Below are positions 18,877 through 28,777 of a stretch of DNA of 64,000 bases, piece by piece. The notes under the pieces are model-generated. The model did no database searches, had not been told where the DNA came from, and saw only the letters and a list, made by a program, of their open reading frames with translations. The position numbers were made by a program, and so were the translations under genes. How positions within the stretch are numbered: position 1 is the first letter of the stretch; the number at the start of each line of letters is the position of its first letter. This DNA comes from Candidatus Micrarchaeota archaeon (lineage in GTDB: Archaea; Iainarchaeota; Iainarchaeia; Iainarchaeales; JAGVWC01), in NCBI GenBank assembly GCA_043803815.1, contig JAZDJR010000029.1, forward strand, positions 11,632-75,631. Direction: 5' to 3'.

Positions 18877-19311
18877 ATGGTCAGTATGGATGCGATTTTA
18901 CGTTCTAGCGAACCTTCACAAGAATTCAAGCATTTAGATGAACGGTTTCAAAAAAATGATATTGAACATCGAGTCCGATATTCTGTGCTCATTGGACACC
19001 TTTATTTAGAAAATAGAATTAATATTTTACTAGAAAAAATCGCTGCGAAAAACAGCAATCATGCACTTGGCTGGGCAACTGATTTGAGCTTTTACAATAA
19101 AAGTACTCTTTTACTTTTCAATGGTTTAATAAAACCGAACTTGCACGCAGAATTAAAGAAAATTAACGATGCACGGAATGCGTTTGTTCATAAACTTTGG
19201 CCGGCTGAAGCGAAATTTGACGAAATAAGTTTGTTAGAGGAAAGCGGAATAGAAAAAATAAGAGTTGCGATTATAGCCGCCAACGAAGAACTTAAGAATA
19301 TCCGCATTTGA
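18877..19311 (+). CDS. HEPN-like (MtlR-like) protein
   Basis: HLYLE and RNAFVH (RxxxxH) motifs. Confidence 0.6.
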   Translation: MVSMDAILRSSEPSQEFKHLDERFQKNDIEHRVRYSVLIGHLYLENRINILLEKIAAKNSNHALGWATDLSFYNKSTLLLFNGLIKPNLHAELKKINDARNAFVHKLWPAEAKFDEISLLEESGIEKIRVAIIAANEELKNIRI

Positions 19312-19342
19312 TGTCAAATTGGCTAAGCGCGCTAACAATATA

Positions 19343-21559
19343 TTAAGCGCTAAATAATTCCTCTATTTTTTGTTTTGCTTCGAATCTGCCGAGTGTGGGG
19401 CCGTGTTGTTTGTAGGCGTTTCTTAGGCTGTTTTGGGTTACGATGAAGTACCATTCTTTGTATTTTTTGAGTCGTTCGATTTTTTCCTGTAATTCTTGGG
19501 GGTTGTGGAAACTGTTTCCGGTTTCGATTTCAAAGGCAATTGTTTTTTCTTTGGCGACAAAGACGAGGTCGGCCTGTTGGACTGCGTTTCGCGCTACTTT
19601 GTCCGTGTGTTTTTGGATTTCTTCGTATAGTAATTGGGCTAGGAATTTGTGGTCAATGGATTCGTTTTCTGGGTGGGGGTTTATCAGGTATGCTCTGGGT
19701 CCGCCTTGTTCCAAGCCCATTTGCTTTGTTTCCAGGTATCCTGCGCTTTTGAGGAATTCGATTTGTTTGTCGTTTAATTCCGAAACGGGGTAGTGCTTTT
19801 TGCTTAGCGTGTAGACTTCTTCGCTTAGGTCCTCATTTTCCAATAGTTTTTCGCGTAGGATTTCTCTTTTTCGTAGTTCTTCTGGGTTTGTGGTGATGAT
19901 GTCGTATTCTTTTTCCGATGCAAGGACTTTGATGGGCAATCGGTCGTTCATGGCGAATAATAGTCCTTCTCCTTTTTCTGCGGTCAGGATGAAGTTTTTT
20001 TCTTCTTTGTTTAATCCGAATTTTTCGGTTATTTCGATTGAAACCGCTGGGTCCTGCCGGAGTAACAGTTTCCATGCTGTGTTGGCGAGAATTGTGTTTC
20101 CGGCGGGGCTGTTGAGCAGGTCGTTTACTTCTTGGGTGATGATGACGAGGCCTGCGCCGAATTTTCGGGCTGTTTTGCATATTTTGAATAGGTATTCGGC
20201 GTGTTCTCCGTGTCGCAGTAATTGCCATGCTTCGTCCACGACGATGATTTTTCTTTCGCGGTCTTTTTGGGTTTTTTCATAAATAAAATCCAAAACCAAA
20301 AACATTAATGCCGGTTTTACCTGGTTAGGCATTTCCTTGATGTTAAAAGAAATCAGTTTCTTTTCCAGATTCAGGCTGGTTTGCTTGTTCATGAACGAGA
20401 AGCTGCCGTGTGCGTAAATTTGCAAGCGATTGAGCAGGGCGTCGTAGGTCATTTTTTCGATTTGGCTGGCTTTTCGCGCGTTTTGCTCTAATACTTCGAA
20501 TAGGTCGCTTAGGACGGGTGGTTTTTGTTTCCATGTTTCCGGGCTATTGGGGTGAATTCCCTTGTTTTTGTAGGTTTGAATCAGAGCCTTGTCTAATGTG
20601 TTTTTTTGTACTTCGGTCAGTTCGCCGAACATTATCCGGAACAAATCCATAAGGGACAACAGTTTGTCGCCGAAGTCGCGTCCCATCAAGTCCAATGGAT
20701 TGATGATTGTGTCGGAATCGCGGGAAATATTTACGAGTTGGCCGTCATATTTTTGGCACAAGTCGGAATATTCGCCTTGCGGGTCGATGATGTAACTTTG
20801 CGTGTTTTTCAACAAGTTCCGGATTAGGTATAGTTTGACAAAAAAGCTTTTTCCGCCGCCGCTTGAACCAAGGACTAACCCGTTGTAGTTGGCGAAGTCG
20901 TATTGGTTCAAAATGATTGGGATATTGTTGTTGATGTTTACGCCGAACATTACGCCGTCTTCTTTCAAATCCAAAAATGAGGAAGTAAACGGAAAACAGG
21001 CCGCCAATGGACTGCTTGGAATGTTTCTTTGGATGCGGAGCTTGTCCTGTGCGATTGGAATAATGGATTGCAAGGCCTGTTGCATGCGAAAATAGGGTGT
21101 TTTTGGGATTATCATCATCGAGTTTAATTCGGATTCGATTTTTCGGGTTGCCAAATCCAATTCCGGCTTGTCAAAGGCGCGCGCGTTAACGTAAAAACTC
21201 AAATTGAACAGTTTTTCCTCGCCGGTCTGCAGGGATTGCAGGGTTTTGTAGGTGTCGTCATACTGGACCTTCAAGGAAGGATTGACGATTCCGCGGGTTT
21301 CCGAGGCTAATATGTCTGATTTTTGCTTGACAAGCTCTTGGTTCAGTTTTCCCAAAATCAATTCGATTGATGCGGGTTCCACGTGCAGGGATAAGTCAAA
21401 GTTTCCTTCGCTTGAAACGATTCGGTCCAGCCATCCTTCTTGTATTGTGCGCGGGTAGCCTACTGCCATGACTATTCGGTTATACGTGTCATTTATCTGA
21501 ATCGAATCCGGCTCGTTGTTGACATAGGACGGTTTCAACAATTTTTCTAAACAGAACAT
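19343..21559 (-). CDS. virB4: VirB4-like type IV secretion ATPase
   Basis: Walker A GSSGGGKS, IIDPQGEY, Walker B IVVDEAW, ARKFG..ITQ; C-terminal extension with AFEIETG. Confidence 0.9.
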   Translation of the reverse strand: MFCLEKLLKPSYVNNEPDSIQINDTYNRIVMAVGYPRTIQEGWLDRIVSSEGNFDLSLHVEPASIELILGKLNQELVKQKSDILASETRGIVNPSLKVQYDDTYKTLQSLQTGEEKLFNLSFYVNARAFDKPELDLATRKIESELNSMMIIPKTPYFRMQQALQSIIPIAQDKLRIQRNIPSSPLAACFPFTSSFLDLKEDGVMFGVNINNNIPIILNQYDFANYNGLVLGSSGGGKSFFVKLYLIRNLLKNTQSYIIDPQGEYSDLCQKYDGQLVNISRDSDTIINPLDLMGRDFGDKLLSLMDLFRIMFGELTEVQKNTLDKALIQTYKNKGIHPNSPETWKQKPPVLSDLFEVLEQNARKASQIEKMTYDALLNRLQIYAHGSFSFMNKQTSLNLEKKLISFNIKEMPNQVKPALMFLVLDFIYEKTQKDRERKIIVVDEAWQLLRHGEHAEYLFKICKTARKFGAGLVIITQEVNDLLNSPAGNTILANTAWKLLLRQDPAVSIEITEKFGLNKEEKNFILTAEKGEGLLFAMNDRLPIKVLASEKEYDIITTNPEELRKREILREKLLENEDLSEEVYTLSKKHYPVSELNDKQIEFLKSAGYLETKQMGLEQGGPRAYLINPHPENESIDHKFLAQLLYEEIQKHTDKVARNAVQQADLVFVAKEKTIAFEIETGNSFHNPQELQEKIERLKKYKEWYFIVTQNSLRNAYKQHGPTLGRFEAKQKIEELFSA

Positions 21560-21623
21560 AAATTGAGTAAAACCAACCGAAAACGCTTAAAAGCAGGCAG
21601 TGAAAGAATTCAGCAGAATGCGA

Positions 21624-21953
21624 TTATTTGCCGCGTGGGAGTTGTTGCGACCAAACCATGCCGGTCTTGGTATCTTTGTTAATTTCGCCCAACCAGCGTC
21701 CGTTCGCGTTGTAAAAATCCTGCCGAACAACTGGCCCATCTTTGGACATAACCGAAATGTTTCCATCATCTAAAACGCTTGCGGTTCGATACTTACTCTT
21801 AAAGGTTCCCGCTTTAATCATTCGGAGCGTTTTCTGCGTTAGCTGCTGTCCGCGTGCAACATTGACTCCGCGCACAGTTGCTTTCCCGGCTCTTAGAAGA
21901 CCTCTTCCAAATGCGTTAATCCCGCGTCGAATTTTTCCAGCTGGCTTTGCCAT
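21624..21953 (-). CDS. Small basic hypothetical protein
   Basis: 109 aa ORF between the prgI-like gene and virB4. Confidence 0.65.
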   Translation of the reverse strand: MAKPAGKIRRGINAFGRGLLRAGKATVRGVNVARGQQLTQKTLRMIKAGTFKSKYRTASVLDDGNISVMSKDGPVVRQDFYNANGRWLGEINKDTKTGMVWSQQLPRGK

Positions 21954-21988
21954 TCAATTACCTAGTTATATTGCGGTTTTTCCCCTTT

Positions 21989-22915
21989 TTATTTCTTTGT
22001 TTTGGCGTTTTGAATAAGCGTCAATTCTCCGAGGTATTGGTTTTTTGTTTCCAAAAATTCGTCAAAAAAAGCCGCCATTAAACTCAGTAATTCGTCGTTT
22101 TCGAGCCGTGCGCTTAGCAAATTGCTTTTTTTGAGTTTTTGCTGGCAGAGCTTGACGCGGATTTCCAATTGCTGTAACGAGTTTTGCTGGTTTATTTCGT
22201 AACTGGTTTTCTTTTTTTGTTTTGAAAAGAGGTTTTGCAATCCGATGATGCAGTCTTGCAGGGCCTTGGTTTTGCTGGTCGGCGAATAGGGGATTACAAC
22301 GTAGAATTGCCTGTTTTTAACTTTTTTTTCGCCGATGTGGTTTTGGACGAATTCTTCAAAAGAGCCGAATTGCTCCAAAATCTTGGGGTCTTTGGTTTCC
22401 AATGCCTGCAATTCAAGTTTTTTCAAATAGTCCGACAGATTCAGGTTGATGGTTCGCATGACTATTTGGACGGAAAAGTCCAGGGAGTTCAAAAATTCCT
22501 TGTAGGCTTGGATGATTGCTTCCTGTTCGGTCTTGGATAGCATGTGGAAATTCAATGGCATTATTTGCAGGATTGCCCGGATTGAACCTTCTTTCAGGTA
22601 GACCACGTTTTTTTCGATTTTTTTGATTCCAACCAATTGCTCAAGTTTTGGGTCAAAGTAGCCTGCTCTTTTGATGCTTTTGTGAAAAACCCAAATCTCT
22701 TTCACACGGTCAAATAACCCAAAGAACGCGAATCCTGTTCCAATGCCCATGAATGGCAGGGCAATCAGGAAGCGGACGGTCAAATCGAATGGTGCGCGGA
22801 TAAGGATAATCGCGCTGATGATTCCAAACACGCCAATCCACAGTAATTGTTCAAACGTCAGGTTGAACATGATTTTTTCCTTATACTGCAAGTTGGACGG
22901 GATTTCGTAGGCCAT
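21989..22915 (-). CDS. PrgI-family (VirB3-like) conjugation membrane protein
   Basis: MAYEIP..KEKIMFNLTFEQ, two TM helices, FLNSLDFSVQI, RQFYVVIP. Confidence 0.8.
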   Translation of the reverse strand: MAYEIPSNLQYKEKIMFNLTFEQLLWIGVFGIISAIILIRAPFDLTVRFLIALPFMGIGTGFAFFGLFDRVKEIWVFHKSIKRAGYFDPKLEQLVGIKKIEKNVVYLKEGSIRAILQIMPLNFHMLSKTEQEAIIQAYKEFLNSLDFSVQIVMRTINLNLSDYLKKLELQALETKDPKILEQFGSFEEFVQNHIGEKKVKNRQFYVVIPYSPTSKTKALQDCIIGLQNLFSKQKKKTSYEINQQNSLQQLEIRVKLCQQKLKKSNLLSARLENDELLSLMAAFFDEFLETKNQYLGELTLIQNAKTKK

Positions 22916-22965
22916 TGTTTTTCCTCCTTTTCATTGGTCGATAGGGTAAACTGCACATTTTGTTT

Positions 22966-23793
22966 TCACGCTGCCAGGGCCATTGCTGATTTTGCAACGG
23001 TTGCCAAGTCAATTTTTAATCCAACGGAATGCATTGCTTTTTCGATGGCAATTTTCAAGCACAAAACATTGGCGATGAAGATTAGCAGGAAGGCTGTGGC
23101 TGGCGCCAAGGTGCTCATCAAGACCATGCCGGCAAATTCTCCTTCGAAAGCCTGAACCGCGATTAAAATAATTACGTCCAAGACCTGCATGAAAATTGTG
23201 ATGCCCAAAATGTTGAGAATGATTTTTCCGTACGATTCTAGTGGCGGGATAAAGTACAGGAACAGGCCGACGGGGAACAGCATTATACCGATTATCAAAA
23301 TTATTTGCCGCAGTATCAGGGTAATCGTGGTTAGTGCGATGAACAGGCTTAGTATTCCGGTCCAGATGAAGTCCAGTCCTGCGAATCCGGGGCTGAACAG
23401 GGTTTCGAACTGGGTGTCCCATAAATAAGTTGTCATTCCGCTTGAAGCCTGCAAAATCAACGAATAAATCAACAGGCTCGCGTTTACGACCACGAGCATG
23501 AAAACCGCTTTTTTCAGCCATTGCTTTGACTGTTCCCGTTCAACCGCGTCAATGCTGCCGACAATGAACTTTAACCCGATTCCCATGAACAAAAGTAAGT
23601 AGAACGCGTTGATGATGGCAATGAAAACAAGCCATAAACTCTCGAAGTGCATGGGTTCGATATTGCTGGTTATGAGTGTCTTTGCAACGTCCAGCATGGG
23701 CTGGCTAAAACCGAAAAATGACTGTTTCAATGATTCAAATAAGGCCCCAGAAATAGCTTGGGGCAGGTTTCCCATTATTTCCCACAAACCCAT
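22966..23793 (-). CDS. VirB6-like polytopic membrane protein
   Basis: Several TM helices; position within the T4SS cluster. Confidence 0.65.
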   Translation of the reverse strand: MGLWEIMGNLPQAISGALFESLKQSFFGFSQPMLDVAKTLITSNIEPMHFESLWLVFIAIINAFYLLLFMGIGLKFIVGSIDAVEREQSKQWLKKAVFMLVVVNASLLIYSLILQASSGMTTYLWDTQFETLFSPGFAGLDFIWTGILSLFIALTTITLILRQIILIIGIMLFPVGLFLYFIPPLESYGKIILNILGITIFMQVLDVIILIAVQAFEGEFAGMVLMSTLAPATAFLLIFIANVLCLKIAIEKAMHSVGLKIDLATVAKSAMALAA

Positions 23794-25245
23794 TCAGATT
23801 GCCCCCGCTTTTTTCTTTGCAAACAAAAAAAGACCGTAGTAGGCCCCGAAGAAAAGCAATACAGATAATCCTGTTTGCTGGGTTTCGCCGTTAAAAATCG
23901 GGAACCGTTCAATTTGCGAGCTGGACGCGAACTCGTTGTCCCCTTGGAAAACGGCTTGAATGTTTCCCTTGGTTTCACTCGCGGGAACGCTTGCCTCGGC
24001 GATGCCGTTTTGGTTCGTTTCAAGCTCGATTTGCCGGATGGGTGTTTGCAAGAAAACGGTTTTGCTTGCTAACGGTTCTTGGTTTTCGTCCGTCAGTTTT
24101 AGGGTTGCTTGGATGTTTTCGTTTTGGTCAAAACTGTTCTTGTCCAGGGATAAATCCAAGAAAACCGGTTTTAGTTCAATTAATCCGCAGTCTTGGGTTT
24201 TTTCGTCAAAATCCGAGGTAATCATCAAAGTGCAGGGCGCAAGCTCTTGGACCGCAAAAATAAACTTTTTGGTTGAACCGTTTTGGTCGAACCCAATCCA
24301 ATCGAGGCCCGCGGTGCGATTAATATCCTTTTGTGTCCGGGTAATGCTGATTATTCCGTTTGGTTCCGCGTTCAGGTCAAAGGCGGTTTGCGAATATTCA
24401 AACGTCCCGCCCCCAATTTCGATTTTTAAGCGGTTGATGGGTTGATTGGAATCGGTCTGGAAGAACGCTTGATAGTAGCCGTTTTTTGGCTCAAACTTGG
24501 CGTTCACAACAAGGTCTGGAACGATTGTTTTGGCTTGCAGGGTATCTTGGGCGAGTACCTGGTCTTCTTGGTTGTCCGTGTGATGGTAATCGCAGGTGTT
24601 CCAGCAATGCCAGTAACCGTCATAGTAAACGCAGTGCTGCTGAGTTTGAAAATGGTCGATTTGCAAGCGCGTGTGGACGCGCAGCTCGGCCTTGAACTCT
24701 GCGGTTAAGTCGTCCTCGTTTGGCAGGGAATAGGTTGTTTCGGGTTGGCTTCCGAGCGAGTTTTCGTTCAAGAGGATTCTTTTTTGGTTTTCAAGAATTG
24801 TGTAGGAGTAATTGGTTTGGCAGTCCTCTGGCATTGTTCCGCTTGGGATTTGCAGGGAATAATTGCTTTGGAATAAGACTTTTCCAACGGGTGCGACGAA
24901 CCATTGGTTGGTTTCTTGGTCGTAGAATCCTTTTTCGAATCCCGTTATTTTGGCCCAAGCGTTTTGAATGATTCCTTGGGATTGGGTTTGCGTGGGCGGG
25001 TTTGTGAATTGCAGGTTTTTGTTCCAGTTGTAAGCAAAATTGAATGAAGCCAATTCGGACTGGTTTTCCAACAGGTTCAGGTACAAATCTTCTTTTTGCT
25101 GAACCGTCAAACTCGAATCCGTCAAAATGTTTTGGCAGTCTTGTAATTGGTCGCCTTGGAAAGCGTTGCAGTTTGTTGGGAGTATGCTGGCGCTTATTCC
25201 TGTAAAAAAGAAAAAGGAAGCGAGAACAAGGAGGGTTGTTTTCAT
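23794..25245 (-). CDS. Secreted surface protein with Ig-like region and C-terminal membrane anchor
   Basis: Signal peptide, Cys pairs, ETNQNGIA Ig-like motif, C-terminal TM followed by KKK. Confidence 0.75.
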   Translation of the reverse strand: MKTTLLVLASFFFFTGISASILPTNCNAFQGDQLQDCQNILTDSSLTVQQKEDLYLNLLENQSELASFNFAYNWNKNLQFTNPPTQTQSQGIIQNAWAKITGFEKGFYDQETNQWFVAPVGKVLFQSNYSLQIPSGTMPEDCQTNYSYTILENQKRILLNENSLGSQPETTYSLPNEDDLTAEFKAELRVHTRLQIDHFQTQQHCVYYDGYWHCWNTCDYHHTDNQEDQVLAQDTLQAKTIVPDLVVNAKFEPKNGYYQAFFQTDSNQPINRLKIEIGGGTFEYSQTAFDLNAEPNGIISITRTQKDINRTAGLDWIGFDQNGSTKKFIFAVQELAPCTLMITSDFDEKTQDCGLIELKPVFLDLSLDKNSFDQNENIQATLKLTDENQEPLASKTVFLQTPIRQIELETNQNGIAEASVPASETKGNIQAVFQGDNEFASSSQIERFPIFNGETQQTGLSVLLFFGAYYGLFLFAKKKAGAI

Positions 25246-25254
25246 GTTCTCGCC

Positions 25255-25554
25255 TCACGGTGCCGCCGGTGTCAAGAAGCTGACAACGAGGGGGGCTACC
25301 CAGACCATGACGAGCCCTGCGATACAGTAGGTTATCATGGATTTGGCTCCTTCGCGGGCCTGGATGTTGTCGCCTGATGTTGCCAAGCGGCCACCAGCAT
25401 ACGTCAAAGCAATCAATGCCACAAGGGTTACGATTGCCTTGATTAGGTCATAGATTTTGTTCAATGGCTCGGTTATCTCTTCCACGCCGGTTGCAAAAGC
25501 AAACGGGGAAACAGTCGCCAATGCCACGAGCAAAGCAAGGATTTTTTGTTTCAA
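25255..25554 (-). CDS. TrbC/VirB2-like pilin
   Basis: Signal peptide, two TM helices linked by YAGGRLATSGD..REGAK; TTG start after ggaggtgg. Confidence 0.8.
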   Translation of the reverse strand: MKQKILALLVALATVSPFAFATGVEEITEPLNKIYDLIKAIVTLVALIALTYAGGRLATSGDNIQAREGAKSMITYCIAGLVMVWVAPLVVSFLTPAAP

Positions 25555-25738
25555 AATTGAACCACCTCCAAAAAAGTAGTTATAATTCGCCAATCGCAGT
25601 CCTTTAAAGCCGGCCAGTGAAAACATTAAGCAGAAACAAAAACAAACCCCAAACTAACCATTGATTGGTTAGAAAAGACCGAAAATAACCCCAAACAGGC
25701 AAAAGGAGGGCGCTGTACTAACCAAGGCTCCCAAGGAA

Positions 25739-26302
25739 CTATAGTGTCTTTTCTGTGTCCTTGTTAGCTGGTTGTGCGTTTTTTATTTTTTTATAGAGTG
25801 TTTTGAATTCGTTGTAGTATTTGGGATTGGTTTTTTCTTCTTCGGTGGCATGTTTTAGAAATATTCCTTCATACCAATCAATTATTGCATCGTTGAAAAA
25901 CTCCGTGTATTCTTCGTGAAGGTGTCCTCGGTTGATAAGGAATGCAAAGAATTCAATGCGGTTAAATAATCTCGAATCAAGTCGTCTGGCTTTTAATTGG
26001 GTTTTTCCATCAGCAGCGCCATTTGCTTCAAGGTCAAAGAGTTGCTGGCTTAGGTTGTCGATGTCGTCGGAGAATTTTGATATTGCTTGAATTTCGCTTA
26101 TTTTTGCGTTTTGTTTTAGTTCGTATCCGCTAAAAAGGAGTGCAATAATTGCGATGAAAATACTTATTTCAGTTAGTCCAAGCGTTAATCCGGTCAATCC
26201 GGGAATCATTCCGGTGTGTATTGCTGCAAGTATAGCGAGAATTAGGATAATGGATAGTATCGGCCAGTTTTCTCTTATTTTTCTGCGTAACTGGAGTTTC
26301 AT
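25739..26302 (-). CDS. Membrane-anchored hypothetical protein
   Basis: Two TM helices followed by a helical domain (LFNRIEFFAFLIN). Confidence 0.7.
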   Translation of the reverse strand: MKLQLRRKIRENWPILSIILILAILAAIHTGMIPGLTGLTLGLTEISIFIAIIALLFSGYELKQNAKISEIQAISKFSDDIDNLSQQLFDLEANGAADGKTQLKARRLDSRLFNRIEFFAFLINRGHLHEEYTEFFNDAIIDWYEGIFLKHATEEEKTNPKYYNEFKTLYKKIKNAQPANKDTEKTL

Positions 26303-26529
26303 TGTTTTTTCTCCAAATTAGCGGGCGGGGTTTCGATTGTTTTTTGGTTTTCAGCAATCGCTTGCCGGGACCGAAGCAATCCTTGACCGTTAAAGTTTTT
26401 GAGTTCAATTCCTTGTCGTGATGCTACTTGGGGTGCCGCGTTATGCGAATCGCCTATTGCCTCCCTGACATCGACGAATGGTTTTGCCACATATGCTTTT
26501 CCTACCTCTACTCTTTTTTCACCAGTCAT
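26299..26529 (-). CDS. Small hypothetical protein
   Basis: 76 aa; ATGA overlap with the next gene. Confidence 0.55.
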   Translation of the reverse strand: MTGEKRVEVGKAYVAKPFVDVREAIGDSHNAAPQVASRQGIELKNFNGQGLLRSRQAIAENQKTIETPPANLEKKQ

Positions 26530-26605
26530 TTTTCTTCCTCCTATTACTTTGCCTGCATAAACATCGTTTTTCTCTGTTTAACCCTTTTTGGAGGTTCATT
26601 TCCGC

Positions 26606-26710
26606 TTAAAACTCATTTAATCCACCGCTTTTCTCGTTTTTTCTTTATTCGGCTGCGGCGTTTTGTCCATTTAAACCCTTCCCCCTTTCGGGGGTCGGCT
26701 GGCGCTTAAA
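26606..26710. repeat. ~100-bp imperfect direct repeat, copy 1 (copy 2 at ~28393-28489)
   Basis: Shared ctcgtttttcttt, tttaaaccctt and gggtcggct..gc.taaa blocks in the same order. Confidence 0.75.
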
Positions 26711-27135
26711 ATGGCTCCTTTAATGAACTCATCCGTGTTTTCAATTTTGAATCCTCGCATTTTTTCTTTAATGCATCCACAAAAGATTAGCGCTTGTTTG
26801 TGAATAATTTCGATTGGTATGCGGTGAGGGGATTCCCGGTTAAACTGGTGTTGTTGCTTTTTGAATTCTTTATCTGACTTTCCGTTGTCAACGAATCGGT
26901 CCACATCAACACACTCAAATTTGAACCGGTTTGCCCATTCTAATCTAAGCACAAACTTTTCTTTGGTTTTTTTTGATTTGATTTCAGCAATCGCAAACCA
27001 ACCCGTTTTGTTATATTTTGTTTTTCCATTTTTTCCTTTCAGGTCAATAAAGAAATAGTTTGGGTTAATACAAAAAATTTCATATTCTAGCCACAGGCTG
27101 GAAATTTGGGTTGGTATTTTTTCAGGGTCGTCCAT
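26671..27135 (-). CDS. Hypothetical protein
   Basis: 154 aa ORF ending inside repeat copy 1. Confidence 0.65.
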   Translation of the reverse strand: MDDPEKIPTQISSLWLEYEIFCINPNYFFIDLKGKNGKTKYNKTGWFAIAEIKSKKTKEKFVLRLEWANRFKFECVDVDRFVDNGKSDKEFKKQQHQFNRESPHRIPIEIIHKQALIFCGCIKEKMRGFKIENTDEFIKGAILSASRPPKGGRV

Positions 27136-27273
27136 AAGTGCACGAAATTATGCGTTGAAAGTTATTTAGGTTTACCTCTTTTATAAAAAACCGCCAAATA
27201 TGCCCAAAAGATTCTTTAAACCTTTGTAGGCATTTTTTTAATAGATTATTCCGCACAAGGGCGGGGTGGATTT

Positions 27274-27714
27274 ATGGGTAAATGTATTTTGTGTGATGGG
27301 CAAACAAATTGGGCGGGGGTTTGTGCATCCTGTGACTTGAATAATAACTTGACTAAGCGGAAGGGGGATTTTTATGAATTTGTTTTCTCGGATAGGTCAA
27401 ATAAAATTCCTGTTGAAGATAACCTTTCTATCGGAGAATTCATTCATAAAAAAGGAAGAGAAAAAATTTTGGAGCTAATTAATGAGACTGCCATGGAAGA
27501 AAGTGGGTACTACAAGGGAGAAATGTGTCCTTTTACCCAGGTTGAAGTTGGTGGAACTCGGGCAGCAACTTTGGCTTTCACGGGGGCTTCACTGAATGAA
27601 TTTGTTTGGACACATTCGAAATGCATGCAAGAATACTGCGCAATATGGGACAATGAAAATAAACAGTGCTCCATAAAAACAATTGCCCAACGGTTCATGA
27701 GTAAAGAAAAATAA
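27274..27714 (+). CDS. Cys-rich putative zinc-binding protein
   Basis: CILC..CASC, then CP..C..YCAIWD..QC. Confidence 0.7.
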   Translation: MGKCILCDGQTNWAGVCASCDLNNNLTKRKGDFYEFVFSDRSNKIPVEDNLSIGEFIHKKGREKILELINETAMEESGYYKGEMCPFTQVEVGGTRAATLAFTGASLNEFVWTHSKCMQEYCAIWDNENKQCSIKTIAQRFMSKEK

Positions 27715-27744
27715 CCCAGCCGTGGTTTGTAGTTTCACAAGAAC

Positions 27745-28365
27745 CTAGTTTTTTTCCATTTCGCTTTCAACGAAGTGATAAAGTTCTTCCATAGTTTCGG
27801 GGATGGCATGCATCCAACCTTCTTCGGACGGTGTTTCTATTTCATACATTGTGTCGGGGAAGAGTTCGAATGAATGAACCGCAGTGTTCCTATTTTCATG
27901 TATTCTATCTAAAATATCTTTCTCTAATGGGGGGGTTATTCCCAATAAATCGACTTTTCTGATTAGTTTTTGGAGACTGATAGTTTTTCTTTTATTCAAA
28001 ATGGCTTTTTCGTTGAGGTCTGCCACTTTTTTTATCTCAATGTCTTTTTCCCCAGCAACCTGAAATATGTTAAATTCTTTCAGTAGAAATGCTGACTTTA
28101 GCAGATATTCCAATGCGATTCCAGCAGCAATTTTGTATTTTTTTGATTGGGCTATCATTTCTGCTTCAAATTCATCAGCAGAATATTTATATTGCCAATC
28201 CAACCACTTTCCTTCTTCATCTTCTAATTCTTGTTTGGCGTTTAAAAAGTCATCAAAAAAAATTTTAGCTTGGTTAAAAAATCTTCGCGCATATTCTTGG
28301 TGTAGTTCCTTTAATTCAGCAACAGTAACCGTCAAAAATTCTTCCGGTAATCGAATTTCAGGCAT
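27745..28365 (-). CDS. HEPN-like protein
   Basis: GIALEYLLKS and RNTAVH (RxxxxH) motifs. Confidence 0.65.
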   Translation of the reverse strand: MPEIRLPEEFLTVTVAELKELHQEYARRFFNQAKIFFDDFLNAKQELEDEEGKWLDWQYKYSADEFEAEMIAQSKKYKIAAGIALEYLLKSAFLLKEFNIFQVAGEKDIEIKKVADLNEKAILNKRKTISLQKLIRKVDLLGITPPLEKDILDRIHENRNTAVHSFELFPDTMYEIETPSEEGWMHAIPETMEELYHFVESEMEKN

Positions 28366-28392
28366 AATACAATTTTTTGTTGCCGCACATTT

Positions 28393-28489
28393 TTTAACCC
28401 ATTTCAACCTCCAGCGCTGACTCGTTTTTTCTTTCTGGCTCGGGTCTTGCCCGTTTAAACCCTTTCCCGTGGGTCGGCTTGTGCCTAAA
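28393..28489. repeat. ~100-bp imperfect direct repeat, copy 2
   Basis: Matches 26606-26710. Confidence 0.75.
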
Positions 28490-28562
28490 GGGATTTAATA
28501 CGTTCAAGCCCCGCGAGACGCCTTCAGAAAAAACTCGTTTTTCGCGCTGGAGGTGATTAAAA

Positions 28563-28667
28563 ATGAGTTTCGAATTAATTGAACGTAAACGGGAGAACCC
28601 GTTTGGCGATGGTTTTACCTTCGACCAACTTCTTTCAAACATGAAAAAACAGGACGGTGGTCGCTAA
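28563..28667 (+). CDS. 34-aa microprotein (not in ORF track)
   Basis: ggaggtga RBS; MSFELIERKRENPFGDGFTFDQLLSNMKKQDGGR; TAATG coupling to the next ORF. Confidence 0.55.
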   Translation: MSFELIERKRENPFGDGFTFDQLLSNMKKQDGGR

Positions 28668-28777
28668 TGATCTACTTTTCCGACAAACAAGTGGCTCGTG
28701 CCCTTGGAAAGGTCGTGACGGGCAAACGCCTAACCAGCTTAGACCAGGCTATTTTGGATTGGGAAGTGGAACAATGA
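28667..28777 (+). CDS. 36-aa microprotein (not in ORF track)
   Basis: MIYFSDKQVARALGKVVTGKRLTSLDQAILDWEVEQ; ATGA overlap with ardC. Confidence 0.55.
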   Translation: MIYFSDKQVARALGKVVTGKRLTSLDQAILDWEVEQ

